Below, one piece after another: positions 10,466 to 22,660 of a DNA stretch of 64,000 bases (its first letter is position 1; every line of letters starts with the position of its first letter). This DNA is from Setoptus koraiensis (lineage: Eukaryota > Animalia > Arthropoda), in the NCBI GenBank assembly GCA_048013815.1, contig CM106586.1, positions 6,944,001 to 7,008,000 on the forward strand, in the 5' to 3' direction. The notes under the pieces were generated by a model. It saw only the letters and a list, made by a program, of their open reading frames with translations, did no database searches and had not been told where the DNA came from. A program made the position numbers and the translations under genes.

Positions 10466-11341
10466 GGGATCTGATGATCTAATTGGTTTTCATGCAGATG
10501 ATGAGAATGATTAATCAATCAATCACCTGAACTTATTTTCGATAATTCTTTTTGTTGCATCTCTCATCAACTGTAGGTGCGTGTGTGCCAGATATCCCAA
10601 CTCTTCAACAGTGATAATAATTATTTGAGCCCTAAACAGGCGATTGGCCCCGATCGTTAGAATGGGGTAGACCAGCTGAAGTGTCCTTGAGCTGAATGCT
10701 TAATTAACAAGCTCGCAGTGACTCGAGTCTCGAGAATGATCAACAAAATTGACTGCAAGCTAGACCAGCAATGATCGACGTTGCACTTTTGATCATTTCT
10801 CCTTGCATCTCTGGCCAGCGTCGGCTGCGTGTCCCAAGGCTTCTGAATCGATCCGAATTGGAATTATCCGATACAAAGGATAAGTATAACTTCGCGATTG
10901 CAATTCGTGATCTTGTCAGATCAACGAAATGATCAACGAAATCCTCTGTACACCGTGTATCGCTGTTTTTTATACAATTCTGTAACTCACAAAAAGAGTG
11001 GAACACAATTTAGTGGTATGTGTTTTGGCCGCTAGGTGGCTCGAGCGAAATTACAACGAAGTTACACGTGGGTTTATGGAGAATTTGCGCAGGGGAGCGG
11101 GACCTGTTTAGAGGGAGAACTCAGGGGGAGCTGCCCGGACCACCGCCATCTTGGGCGTGTACGGATCGGCGCGCGTGCAGCTGATATCTGTTATTGTTGT
11201 TCATTTATGCTGGTTTGCCAAACCAACCGAAAAACAGAATAAAAGTTGCTATTTTTCATCACTTTATCCACATTGCTAATTGTCCATCACAAGACGCTGA
11301 CAAGACAATTGCACCGCCACCAATCACAACAATTTGTCGCA

Positions 11342-12949
11342 ATGCCTCTCTCCATCGATCACCTGAATTTTGAGGATTTCTGCAAAATATTAGGCTACCT
11401 TAACGAGGAGGACAGATGTAATTGTAGGCTAGGTAAGTGCTGTACAAAGCTTTAGAGTTGGAGAGTTAGCTTCATGCAAATTATCATCGTTATCATTGCT
11501 TTTGCTGATCGTTTGTCGTCTACTATCACCACAACAGTTTGCAAGAGGTGGAAGGATCTCGTGACATTGTATAGGAAGGGCCAAAAAGAGCTCTCGTACG
11601 CGTGCCGTTTCTCAAAATTCAATTCGAGCCATTACAGATCATGCGACTTGCGATGGTTTGTGTCACAATTTCCAAATCTCATAAAAATCACGCTGGACTT
11701 GGATCTTTTAGTTGAGGAACAGCGAACAAAGTTTCTCGGCGCGCACTGGATAACTAGAATTGTTGACAATTGGCCTAGACTCAGGTCGTTCGCCTTACTT
11801 GTGCCCGGATCATTGCCAAAATATACCGACATTAGTCAGCTGGGCAGACTTCGTTGTCTAGAAGAACTCCACCTAGAATGTACTATACACTCTCCCGAAA
11901 ACCTAAATTTGTTGTTCCGTGATTGTGTCAAACTCAAACGACTCACTTTTCACAATCGAGGACGCACACCAGGCAGGCTGCTGGCGGACGCATTCAAATG
12001 CCTCAACGACAATCTCAAATCGGTTAGTTTTATAACGCGTAGTTGGTCTAGCATCGACTCCTATCTACAAAGGATGACCATCTCCAATCCAAATCTTGAG
12101 GAATTGTGCATGCCTAATGCATATGTCACTGTTACCTCACTCATGTTCATCTGCGACAAATTCAAGCGATTGAAGCTGCTAGAATTTGGCGACATGAACC
12201 AGCTTGGTCGCAACTACGAAATCAACGATATACGAGTGGAAGACTACGTTCCAGAGGCCCCGTTGCCAAGATATATACCATTGGCAGAGCTACAACAGAT
12301 CAATTTCCTCGGCCAACAAGAAAATAGAGAGAATCATAAAAAAATCAAAGACATCCCATTCGATAAGTTGGCACATCTGCAAACCCTGATCTGTTACTTC
12401 GATCTCAAAGTCACAGAAGCCACCACTATAATCAATAGATGCGCACAATCGCAAACTCTCCAGACGATCCATTTAGAGCTAAATAACAAAATATCTTCTC
12501 AACAATCCAACATGCTTATATCAAATCTTTGTGCCTCATGTCCAAAACTGACAAGTATAAATTTGATGGGCCTGGCGACTATAGATTTCAAAGCCGTCCT
12601 TCCAGAATTGAGCCGCCTAGAGAAATTGCAACAACTCAATCTGAAATTTAGATACAAAATATATTCGGATGACTTCATATCTGCATGGCAAACATATCAC
12701 GATGAATTTGCCAAGAAGCTCAAAAACTTAACTCTCATCTCCAATGGCCCAAGAGATGAATTACCTCTGTCCTGTATGGCCCAATTGCATTTCAGAGCAA
12801 AACTATATAGGCGCATAATCCAGCTGAAATTTTTTACCTGTGACGAAGGCACTCGCTGCTACGATATTGGAGATTGCCGGAATGAGCACACTAATTATTT
12901 GGATGGTCTAACCATCCAAGGTCCATCCATCTTGCTGAGACAATTTTAA
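11342..12949 (+). CDS. F-box/leucine-rich-repeat protein, join(11342..11432,11538..12949), 500 aa
   Basis: Splicing GTAAG (11433) to CAG (11537), phase 1, reconstitutes an F-box (IDHLNFEDFCKILGYLNEEDRCNCRL|VCKRW). LRR-like units follow (FPNLIKITL, WPRLRSFAL, LRCLEELHL, CVKLKRLTF, NPNLEELCM, CPKLTSINL). Confidence 0.85.
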
Positions 12950-13201
12950 ATTGATGAACGGAATTGTCCGGCAATAAATAGCTAACACGAAAAATTTCCA
13001 GAACGCTTGGTTGTGTTAGTTACAGTAACTCTGCATCGAAAATAATGATCAATCTAATTATACCAACCGGTTGTGATTCTATATATATCAGTAAAATTTT
13101 CAACTGGTGACCAACACTAAAGATTTTATTATCATTTTTCTACAATTATCATAGTGATGAGCCTGTTGAAGAGCAACGTAGACGGCCAGTAGTATGGTTA
13201 A

Positions 13202-16200
13202 TCAAGTAAAACTTTGTGTTGAATTTGATAACAAGGAGTGCCTCAATGATTTTGAGGGTAATGAGGTCATGGATGAATAATTGAATAATTTATACCATCC
13301 TATTACAATACTCGATAAGTTCAGATCATTCAACTGTACCTGAACTATACCCATTAAAGCTTTTCTGTCCATTCTACCATAGTCGCCCCAAACAATGATC
13401 TGCATTTGACGCAACAAACAAAAACAAAAATGAGAGAAAGACAATTAGGCTCATGATATCATTATGACAATGACGACGGTTGAAAATGAGTTCATATTTA
13501 CCTGTAGAATACATTGTCGATAGTCTTCGTGGAATGTTAACTGTCGTTGATAGAGTGGATCAAGCGTCCTTCTGGATGCGACAGTTTTTGCTTTCGCCAA
13601 ACACTTTGTGCCCTTCACAAGATATACTTTCACGTACGGGGCTGTAACGCAGCAGTGATTGGATGTAATTGATTCATATTTCTATTTAGCATTGAGACTG
13701 GTGATCGATTAATAAAGTAAGTAATCAGAAAATTAACAAAGCGACTCACCTGGCAAGGTCTTGGCACCGGGCTTTGATTGAAGTTTGCGAGCGCGAATCA
13801 CCTCTATCTCCAGATTACCTTTTCTATCACTCAGGCTCAATTGTATATCTCCCAGATAGGGCGACGCAAGAGCTTGTCGCGAAACTATCTGTCCGGCACC
13901 CAAGCCCTCGACAAAGCTCGAGGTCGGGTCGTCAGCCTGGGATCTAGGGGTCGATGAAGATTGCATCCGGCTAATGGGAGACAATCGACGAGTTATGAGT
14001 CATATAAATATATATAAGCCATGCATATAAGTCATTCCATAAAAAATCGAGATTGATAAAACAAACTCAGGGATGAAACTTACGCAGCCGCATTTTCGCC
14101 GCTCATACTTCCGTCCGCGTCGGACGACGCGCCGGTGGTCTGTTTGACCAAATGTTTCACTTTGTGTGGTGCTACCTCCTCACTTCGGTGAACACTGAAG
14201 GAGGTCACCTGTTTCTTTCTGAATCCGAGCCTCTTCTTTGTGCCTGTTTAATATGGATTGAGTGAATTTGGAAATTTCGTGGTTTCGAGATTTTGCGATC
14301 AAATCGGTAGTTTGAGTATTAATTAAATGAATCGATTGACATGCGCGACCTAACCACCTACCTGAAAGACTTAATTGGGTGGCACTGATGCTCTTCTTCG
14401 TGAAAATTCCCGGCAAAATTTGACCGCTAATGCCCGTGTTGCCAGAATTAGTGGCACCCGTTTGTGACTTCAAGCTCTGATTTGAGCCGCCACCCTCATC
14501 TAGGCTCTTATCACTAGAATTTTGTTGTAGTTGTAGACTGTGATACTGACTTGTGAGACTTCGTTTGCCATCTCTCTCCTTGCTACAAACACTTTTGTCT
14601 TTATCTGTGCTACCAGCGCCCTCGACCAGACCACCATCGGCCTCTGTAGATGAATTATGATCACGACTTGAGACAGTTTCAGCGGCAACATTTTCCGTCA
14701 TTGATGCTGCTGCTGCTGTTGTTGTTGCTGATGCGACAGCAGCTGTCGCAGATAAGGCTGATGATTGAGGCGCGGATTGTTGATTAGAGGTGGCTTTAGA
14801 CGGATATGCTGGACTTTGATGAAGCTGATAATATTGAGCGCTACCGCATGCTGCCGATACAGCTGCTTGTTCAGTCGAATGTTGTTGCTCTTGTAGGTGA
14901 CGATGATGATAGCTGAAGGCACTGTATTCAGGGGAAAAGAGGGTCAACTTTGACGAGCCTGACATTTGATCGAAAATTGCGTCGGATAACTGTGTGTCAG
15001 ACAAGATCGATATATTGCTTTCATCACTGCTCAAGTCCAACGAGCTAGATTTATCCCAATCTTGGCGACTTTGCTCCAAGTTGTAACTATCCGACAAATT
15101 TTGTCTTTCAATATTTTGGTGTGTCCTTCTATTAGGTGGACATTCTTCACTATATGTCCGCTGATAATCGTGATAACGAGCCCGCTCAGAGCCACTTCTC
15201 GTGCCATAAACAGGCGCTGACGTTCTACCGTCAAACGTGACACCCTTGTTGCTTCTGCCAGTACTTCCGGTTGCCATTGCACTTGTTTGCTGCTGTTGCT
15301 GTTGCTGCATGTATGATGATGTTGGATGCTGGACAGTGGCCGCACTGCGATGCTTTCGATGTTGACTAGAAGATTGTGATGGTATTACGGTTTGTGATGG
15401 CACTACTTTTGACATGAATTGTTGCTGCTGCTCTAATTGTTGTTGCTGATGATGTTGCTGTTGTTGTTGTGCATGATGATGGGGCGACTGATTAGAAACA
15501 ATTACCTGCTGTTGATGACTAGCAGTTGAAGTTGGCTGCTGCTGTTGATGATGATGACGGTTGTGTCGATTAGACTTCTTTGGTTGCGGATGAGCGTAAT
15601 AAAGCTTATTATGGTAAATAGATGAAAGGCCTCGTGTGTTCAACTCACTATCACTACCCATAGCCATTATTGGCTGATTTTGCTGGAAATGGATAACTCT
15701 TGGATCGTAAAATTGAAGATGGTGATTGATGGGGCCGACATGGGGCGGCTGTGGTTGTTGCTGTTGTTGTTGTTGCTGCTGCTGCTGTTGTTGCTGGTGA
15801 TGGTGAGGATGATGATAATATTGATTGGGTGGATGATCGTGTTCATTTAGATCATGCTGTTTAACTATCACCGAACGATTGTGTTGGTCAGTTATATTTA
15901 CTGATGGACGTTGTAGATGCTGCTGCTGTTGTTGTTGTTGTTGATGATATGGTTGTTGCTGTTGTTGTTGTTGTGGCGGAGGCGGAGCTTGGTTGTGTTG
16001 ATGGTGATGATGATGATGGTGGTGTTGATGGTGGTGAGGAGAATGTTGATATTGTGATTGAGATTCAGATAAAATTTGATGATCTCTCACCCAAGAATCA
16101 ACGATATTGCACCTACTGCGCGGGCCAACTAGCGTATCATCTATGTTGCTCATTGTTTCCATTTGTTGTTGACCATAGTTCATTGTTGCTGGTGTTGTGG

Positions 16201-19200
16201 TTGTCGTTGTTGTTGTTGGTTCCATCAATTCTAAACTCGATTGATGTTGCATAAAATGATTGGATGAACGACGACCGGAATGATGAGTGATCAAATGATC
16301 ATGCGATTCGCCCACAAGACGGCTTGCTGTTGGAGGAATGAGTGGCAATTGTCGTCTAGACAGTCGTTGTTGCTGTTTTGCCATTAGTGACAATGCTGAC
16401 GATGCCGCCTGCTGATGCAATATTGGATTCGGTGAGCCGGAAGCCAGCGAATGGGGCCCCATTAATGAATCAACTTTTGGCAAACAGCTCATGCCCGTTG
16501 TGGCGCTCATACCTGTATCGGCGGTTGATCTGGCCACCAGTGGCTCAATCTGACGCAACGACATTGCCGGTAATTGGTGTATCAACTGTTGTTGGTCATC
16601 GGCAAACTGCAAATTGCGCTGACAATGCGACACTATGGGTGCTGCTGCTGCTACCGGATGTTGATGAGGATGATGATGAATATCATGAATGTAGTCACCG
16701 GGTGGCGGAGCGGGTGGCAGCGAGTCCGTGCGACGATACGATGATCTCATGCATGACAAAGCGTGCATACGGTGCGACGAAGACACCGAGTTGGGAGACA
16801 CCGAGCGCTGGCGCACATTCGCACTGGGCGTGCTGGAACTCTTTTGAAACACGGGCCGGGATCTGATATTTTCACTTCCGGTTTCATGGCACCCACTTAA
16901 GCTGGTAGAGAATTGATTATTGCTATAATTGTTCAATTGTTGAGCGCGTTCAATATTGCGCTGGCATTGTCTGGGATTGTGCGATAGTGTCAACGCAGAC
17001 GACAATGCCTTGATTTGATTGGCGCTTGTACCACGTACACTCAACGAGGTGGCCCCATCAATGAGGCTTGCGCCAAGCGTTGAGGCCCGTTGCACTAGCG
17101 GCATGGAAATGCGCGCCCCCAGGCTATAATCTAAACTTCCGCCAAGTGTTACTTGGGGGCGCAGCGGGGCCTGATTGTTTATTGCATAATTGGGCAGTGA
17201 CGAGCTTATGGCGGGATTTTGATTGATTAAATATCTTAGTTTGGGTAGGTGGCCTCTGTCAATAGTGCACGGGTTTGGGCCGGACTGGCCCACAGCCGCG
17301 CCCATGTAACCGCGACTTGCGGTTCCGCTGTACCCGACCGCGACGGGCCCGCCCTGCTCGTCTGGCGGCATTTCAATGGCGGGCAGTGCGGTTTCTCTGG
17401 CTAGTTTCGTAATTGTCTGCGGGTTGTCTGTATAATGGCCGTTATGATCGATAAATTTCATTACATGTTGTGGGCATTTAGCATGGGTTTTTATCATTGA
17501 CGCTTGCCGTTTTACAAGTTGTGGTGCTCGATTGCTGTGTTGTTGAGGGCGGTTGAGGGCAGCATTGGTGGAATTGGCACCCGCTGACAAGTGTTGCTGT
17601 TGTTGGTTGTTTTGTTGTTCGCGGTGGCGCGGCTGTTGCAGCGTCATCCCGAGCGTGACCGCTGGCCCCGACAACCAGCTACCAAACGAAGCGCGGCTTC
17701 GGGTATCCGCCAATTGGCGCCATGTTTCTAATTGGAACGAAACAAAATTCAGGCAAAATATGAGTATGAGCAGCGGCAATTGGATGGCTATCAATTTCAA
17801 TTTAGACAATGTGTTGTTGTTGTTGTTGCTGCTGTTGGCTTGCTGTTGTTCGAGTTTGTTTGTAAAATAACAATGGTAATAGTGGTGAATTTTGTCGTTG
17901 ATCGACCTGGCCAATCTGTTGTTCAGCTGGTTCGATATTGCACAAATGGACAGAGTATTTATTCTTCTGCGAATATTTCTTGTGTTGTTGGGGTCATTTT
18001 TGTTATTTGTGTCTCTTGTCTTCTTGTTGGCTAGTTTCAGCAAGCCTATCGGACAGAACAACAACCGCAACGTGTTGGCGCCCAGACCACAAGCGAGCCC
18101 CCTCGTGCCGGCGCCAAATCTGTCCGAAACTGTTGTTGCTGTTGTCGCTGTTGTCGCTGTTGTCGCTGTTGTCGCTGTTGTCGCTGCTGTTGTTGTTGTT
18201 GATGGTGGTGGTGGTGGTGGTGGTGGTGGTGGTGGTAAAGATGTCAGCTCTGGCTCGAGCGGCGAGTTTCGAGAGTTAGCAGTTTGTGGGTTTGACTTGT
18301 CTGATGAAATTGCATTATCAATTGCATCAGAATCACTTGTTCGGGTAGGGGGCGCTTCAGTGGCGGCGACAATCTTTTTATGGTCTAGCTTTTTGTTCCA
18401 CGTGAAACAAGACAACCCGTTATGTTGTTGCTGGTGACACAATGTGGCCACATTGTCGCTACGGCCACTTGGGGCGCCAGCTTCACAGGCCACTCCGAAA
18501 TAGTGAGAATGGTGGCCAGTGGTGCAGTTGATGGCAGTGTATGCGAGTTCATTATTATAAGAGTCACTGGTCTCGCTGTGAATTACATAATCGTCGTCAC
18601 GATAGTAATCATTGTTGTAAGCTGACGATGACGCTGACAAGAGGGAGCCACTAGACACTTTTGACAGTTGTTGTTGTTTATTTTCATCGTGGCGGTTGTT
18701 TGGGACGTGCCAGTTGTATTGGTGGTTGTCGCTGTTGTTGTTGTCGCTGTTGTTGTTGTCGCGGTTGTTGAGGTGGTGGTCGTCGGTTAGAGCGTTGCTG
18801 GTGTAGCAACGGTCTGACGCGTCTGTCGATGCCGATGACAAAGAACGATGATTGAATGAGTTAATTGAATCGACGACAACAGCAGCAGCAGCAGCGCCGC
18901 CATAGGTCAGCAACTTTTTACTTGCGGGCTCGCTCACTGATGCAGCAGCCGCCAACCGCTGGCAGCTCAATCCAACGTGCCGGGCCCCACTCCTAAACTG
19001 ACCATTATCTAGATAGGCTGGCTGTCGTCGCCGTTCACAATGGAGCGGCCGGTCGTAAAGGGCGTCTCGTTGTCGCCGATAATGAGGCCGCCTCTTCGGA
19101 CACTCGATGGCTTGCCACGACCTCTGCCGTTGAGTTTTCCGATGAGGGCCCCACTCGTCGCTGGCCACTGCCAACTCAGCTTGCTGTTGTCGCTGTTGTT

Positions 19201-20662
19201 GCTGTTGTTGCTGTTGTTGCTGTTGTTGCTGTTGTTGCTGTTGCTGTTGTTGTTGTGACGACCATTTTATTCCATGGGCGTGGTTGACAGTTGAGCAGTC
19301 AATCTTTACTACTCGCAATTGGGGACACACGTTGCTCAAATGGCTCGCTTGCCACTGCAGCAACTGCTCTTGTTGGACACTGCAACAACAATATGCAGAT
19401 GAGTTTCGCTGGTCGTTATTATCGAGCACAGGATGGATTGCGACGCCACTTGGTCGCTGTTGTTGCTGCTGTTGTTGATGGTGTTGTTGTTGTTGTTGCT
19501 GTTGTTGTTGTTGCTGTTGTTGATGGTGTTGTTGATGGTGGTGTTGCTGCTGTTGTTGCTGTCCGGCGTGGATGGCGGTGCTCGACTGTTGGTGGTCGTT
19601 TGTTTTCAGACGGGCGCCCTCTATTGCATCGTTTGCTGGCCAGGTTGCCCGATGTGCTGTCGGTTGTTGTTGTCTAGTGATGCCGCTGCCAATGTTGCCA
19701 ATGCTGCTAATGTGCTCATTTGTCGGCGTTGTTGCGTCACTAGCGTCAGCATAAGTCCAAATGACAGCGTGATTGTTGTCGTCATGTGACGTATGCTCGT
19801 CGTGCTGGTCGTTGTAGTCGTCGTTCACTAGGGGCTCTGACGTTACACCGGCACTGGCATCGGCACCACTATCGCTACAAGCTTGTTTTGTGCTCTTGCA
19901 TAGGTGGCGCAACAAACGACAGTGGCGAGTCGAGTCAAATGGTAGCGGCCTCAAACAATAAAAAACAAACAATTTCAATCTGGTGAATAGTCGCGCCAAG
20001 ACACTAATCAATCTACTGAACGAGTTATCGAGTGCGCCGCTTGTCAGGCAGCAGCTGTCGTTTGTATTGGAGTCGGTAGGGGGCGATTGTCTCACCGAAG
20101 CAATTGTTTTGGTGCTGCTGGTGCTGCTATTGTTTGTATCCGCTGTTTGTTTGTGGCTGTTTGTTTGGCTGGTTGTTGTAGTCTGGTCAGCGGCAAACCG
20201 GACAGAATAATTGTGAAAGGCCGAAGAGTGACAATTGGTCAGTTGTAGCTCAGTTGCTGACAGCGAGCGTCTTGTTGTTGTGTGAACTGTGTGAATTGCA
20301 CCGGCACCGTGGCCGTCACAGGTGAGTAGCCGTTGGTCACTGTAATACGTGCACAGTGGATAGTTGAATTGGGGCTGTTGCTGGCCAGCTGATTCACCTG
20401 TGCCCAATTGCGTAATTGTGTGGTGGTTGTGTGCACTGGGCCTGTTGTTGTTTTGATGCAAAATGGTTGCCAAATTGAGCTGGCAATGGAAACAATTGTG
20501 CGATTGTCTCGGTGATTGGTGATTGGGTGTCACAAATAAACTGCGGTACTGGCTGTGGTGAGCGTTTTGCTGGCTTGTTGTTGCTGTCGGGTCAAATTGT
20601 TGTTGTTGTTGTTGTTGCTGCTCGTCATCGCTGGCCAACATCTTACGGTTAGTCGGAATCAT
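13202..20662 (-). CDS. Rim: RIM (regulating synaptic membrane exocytosis)-like protein, paralog A, C2B domain only; join(13202..13399,13502..13641,13750..13970,14084..14243,14362..X) with X=17647 (1334 aa) or 20662 (2339 aa)
   Basis: Spliced exons give KKSISATQLSLSG|TKKRLGFRKK..HRSEEVAP..|..FVEGLGAGQIVSRQALASPYLGDIQL..EVIRARKL..|APYVKVYL..TLDPLYQ..LQ|IIVWGDYGRMDRKALMG..GWYKLF, the RIM C2B signature. All introns are GT-AG with consistent phases. Start codon uncertain. Confidence 0.9.
17679..17723 (-). other. Candidate upstream ORF MAPIGGYPKPRFVW* of Rim paralog A
   Basis: ttcgttccaattAG|aaacATGG; 14 codons plus TAG; ends 31 nt before the in-frame main ATG at 17647; homologous sORF in paralog B. 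Confidence 0.5.
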
Positions 20663-20730
20663 CGAATGGATTCATGTTTGTAATTAAATCACTCACTTGA
20701 CATTATTGTTTTTAGTATTGTCGTCATTAC

Positions 20731-20781
20731 ATCGACAATATCGACGGCATCGACAATATCGACGGCATCGACAATATCGAT
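20731..20781. repeat. 18-bp tandem repeat (atcgacaatatcgacggc) x about 2.8
   Basis: Direct inspection. Confidence 0.85.
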
Positions 20782-22557
20782 CACATCGATTGTTTACAAA
20801 CGCATGCAATGATATCCAATGATGATGTCGACAAATAAAATCAGTTTACTATTGTCCGGCAACTCGATCAATCATCGGCACTAATCATCTTGTTTAAATT
20901 GTTTGTCATGCACTCTCGGTGTGTGTCACATTTGGCTTGCTGGCCACTGTGAGCAGTGGCGAAAAGGCTAGTAAATTTTGTTGTTTGCCACTCTCTCATT
21001 GAGTGTTGCAAACTGTTGGCGAATATCGCTATAGTTCGCTCAGGTGAGCTGCACAGTGGGCCGCTCCAATGGTGGCAGCCAGCACGAAGCCGCCAGCGAA
21101 CGCACCACGACTGGGCAAACAGAAGCCAGTGAGGCAAGCAATAATTTGATGACAATAATCTATATCACCTATATTGCGTGCTGGCAGGCACTGTTCGTGT
21201 GCTTGTTAGTGTAATAGTCGCCTGATTGAAACCAACAGCAACGACAACAGCAACAGCAACGACAACAGCAACGACAGCAGCAACAACAACGACAACAACA
21301 ACAACAACGACACCAACAACGACTTGACTTGCGAACCGTTATGCAGACGCCGCGTCGCTGGCGATATCATCAATACAAAGAGCTGCTATTCTTTGGCAAG
21401 CTTATCGACGTTGCGAGATATTCATGAGATAAACACACACACACACACACACACAGCAAACAGCTATTGATATAGAAATAAATTATTATTATTAATTTTT
21501 TTCTTTCTCCATCATTTCGTCAGTGGGCCCATTTAAAGTTTGGCTCAGCTGGCATTGTCAATACAAATGCGCCAAGCGGTCGGTCGGGCCGGCCGGCCCG
21601 AGCAAGGTGACGCAGGTAGGTGAACGAATGGCAATTTGTGCCAATGCCGGCAACTCACAAGGTAGAGCCCGCTTGTCAGCCGATGGCGTGCGATATGGCC
21701 AGCTCTCAAGCTAAAACACAAGCTCAAATGTTACAATGAAGAACAAGTTATTGTTTGTTGCTCGGGCTGCCAGTGACACTTGCAACTATTACGCAACAGT
21801 GCAGCATTAGAGGGGCAACACATTACTGCGGCACAGGTAGAACAGGTAGCAGCAGCATGCCGGCGACCTGTTCACCTGTTCGTTGCAAGTAGCGACACGC
21901 ACAACAACAGCGCCGGTTGCGCAACCACGCCAACAACAGTAGCGCCAGTTTGACAAACAAACAAACGCACACACACACGCACACGCACACACACACGCAC
22001 ACACACGCACACACACACGCACAGACACGTAAATGACGTTTAAGAATTGTAAAGAGAGGCCAACATGAAATGAAATGAAATGCATTCGCATAATCCATTT
22101 AGCTTGCCAGTAGTACGGCCAGTATGTCGCAAACACAGGCCAAGGCACGCACGCAACTCTTTGGGTCCGCCGGGTCCTGACTGCTTGTTGTTGCTGCCGT
22201 TGTTGCCGTTGTTGTTGTTGTTGTTGCCGTTGTTGTTGCCGTTGTTGTTGTTGTTGGTGCTGTCGTTGTTGCTGTTGCTGTTGTTGTTGCTGCCGGTGGC
22301 CGGTGTGTCGAGCGCTAATACTTACCTGTTATACCTGTGTCATAGTTAGCCCCAAAATAGTCGGTCCGGCGAGCGAGAGTAATTGTTTTGTCTGATCTAT
22401 TTGTATTGTGTGTGTGTGTGTGTGTGTGTGCGGCCACTTTTCCACTATTCTCCGATGCTATCAAACCGAGTCGCTACTATGGTTACGCAATAACAGCAAC
22501 AACAAAATAACTTGTGTGTGTCTAGTTTATATACTATCCGCTGGCTGCGTGTCACGT

Positions 22558-22594
22558 ACAACCCACCACAACAGCGCCAGCAACAACGACAACG

Positions 22595-22644
<50 letters not shown>

Positions 22645-22660
22645 GACAACGACAACGGCG
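22558..22660. repeat. CAA/CGA trinucleotide repeat (one of many in 21-24 kb; others near 21235-21320 and 22185-22295)
   Basis: Direct inspection. Confidence 0.9.
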
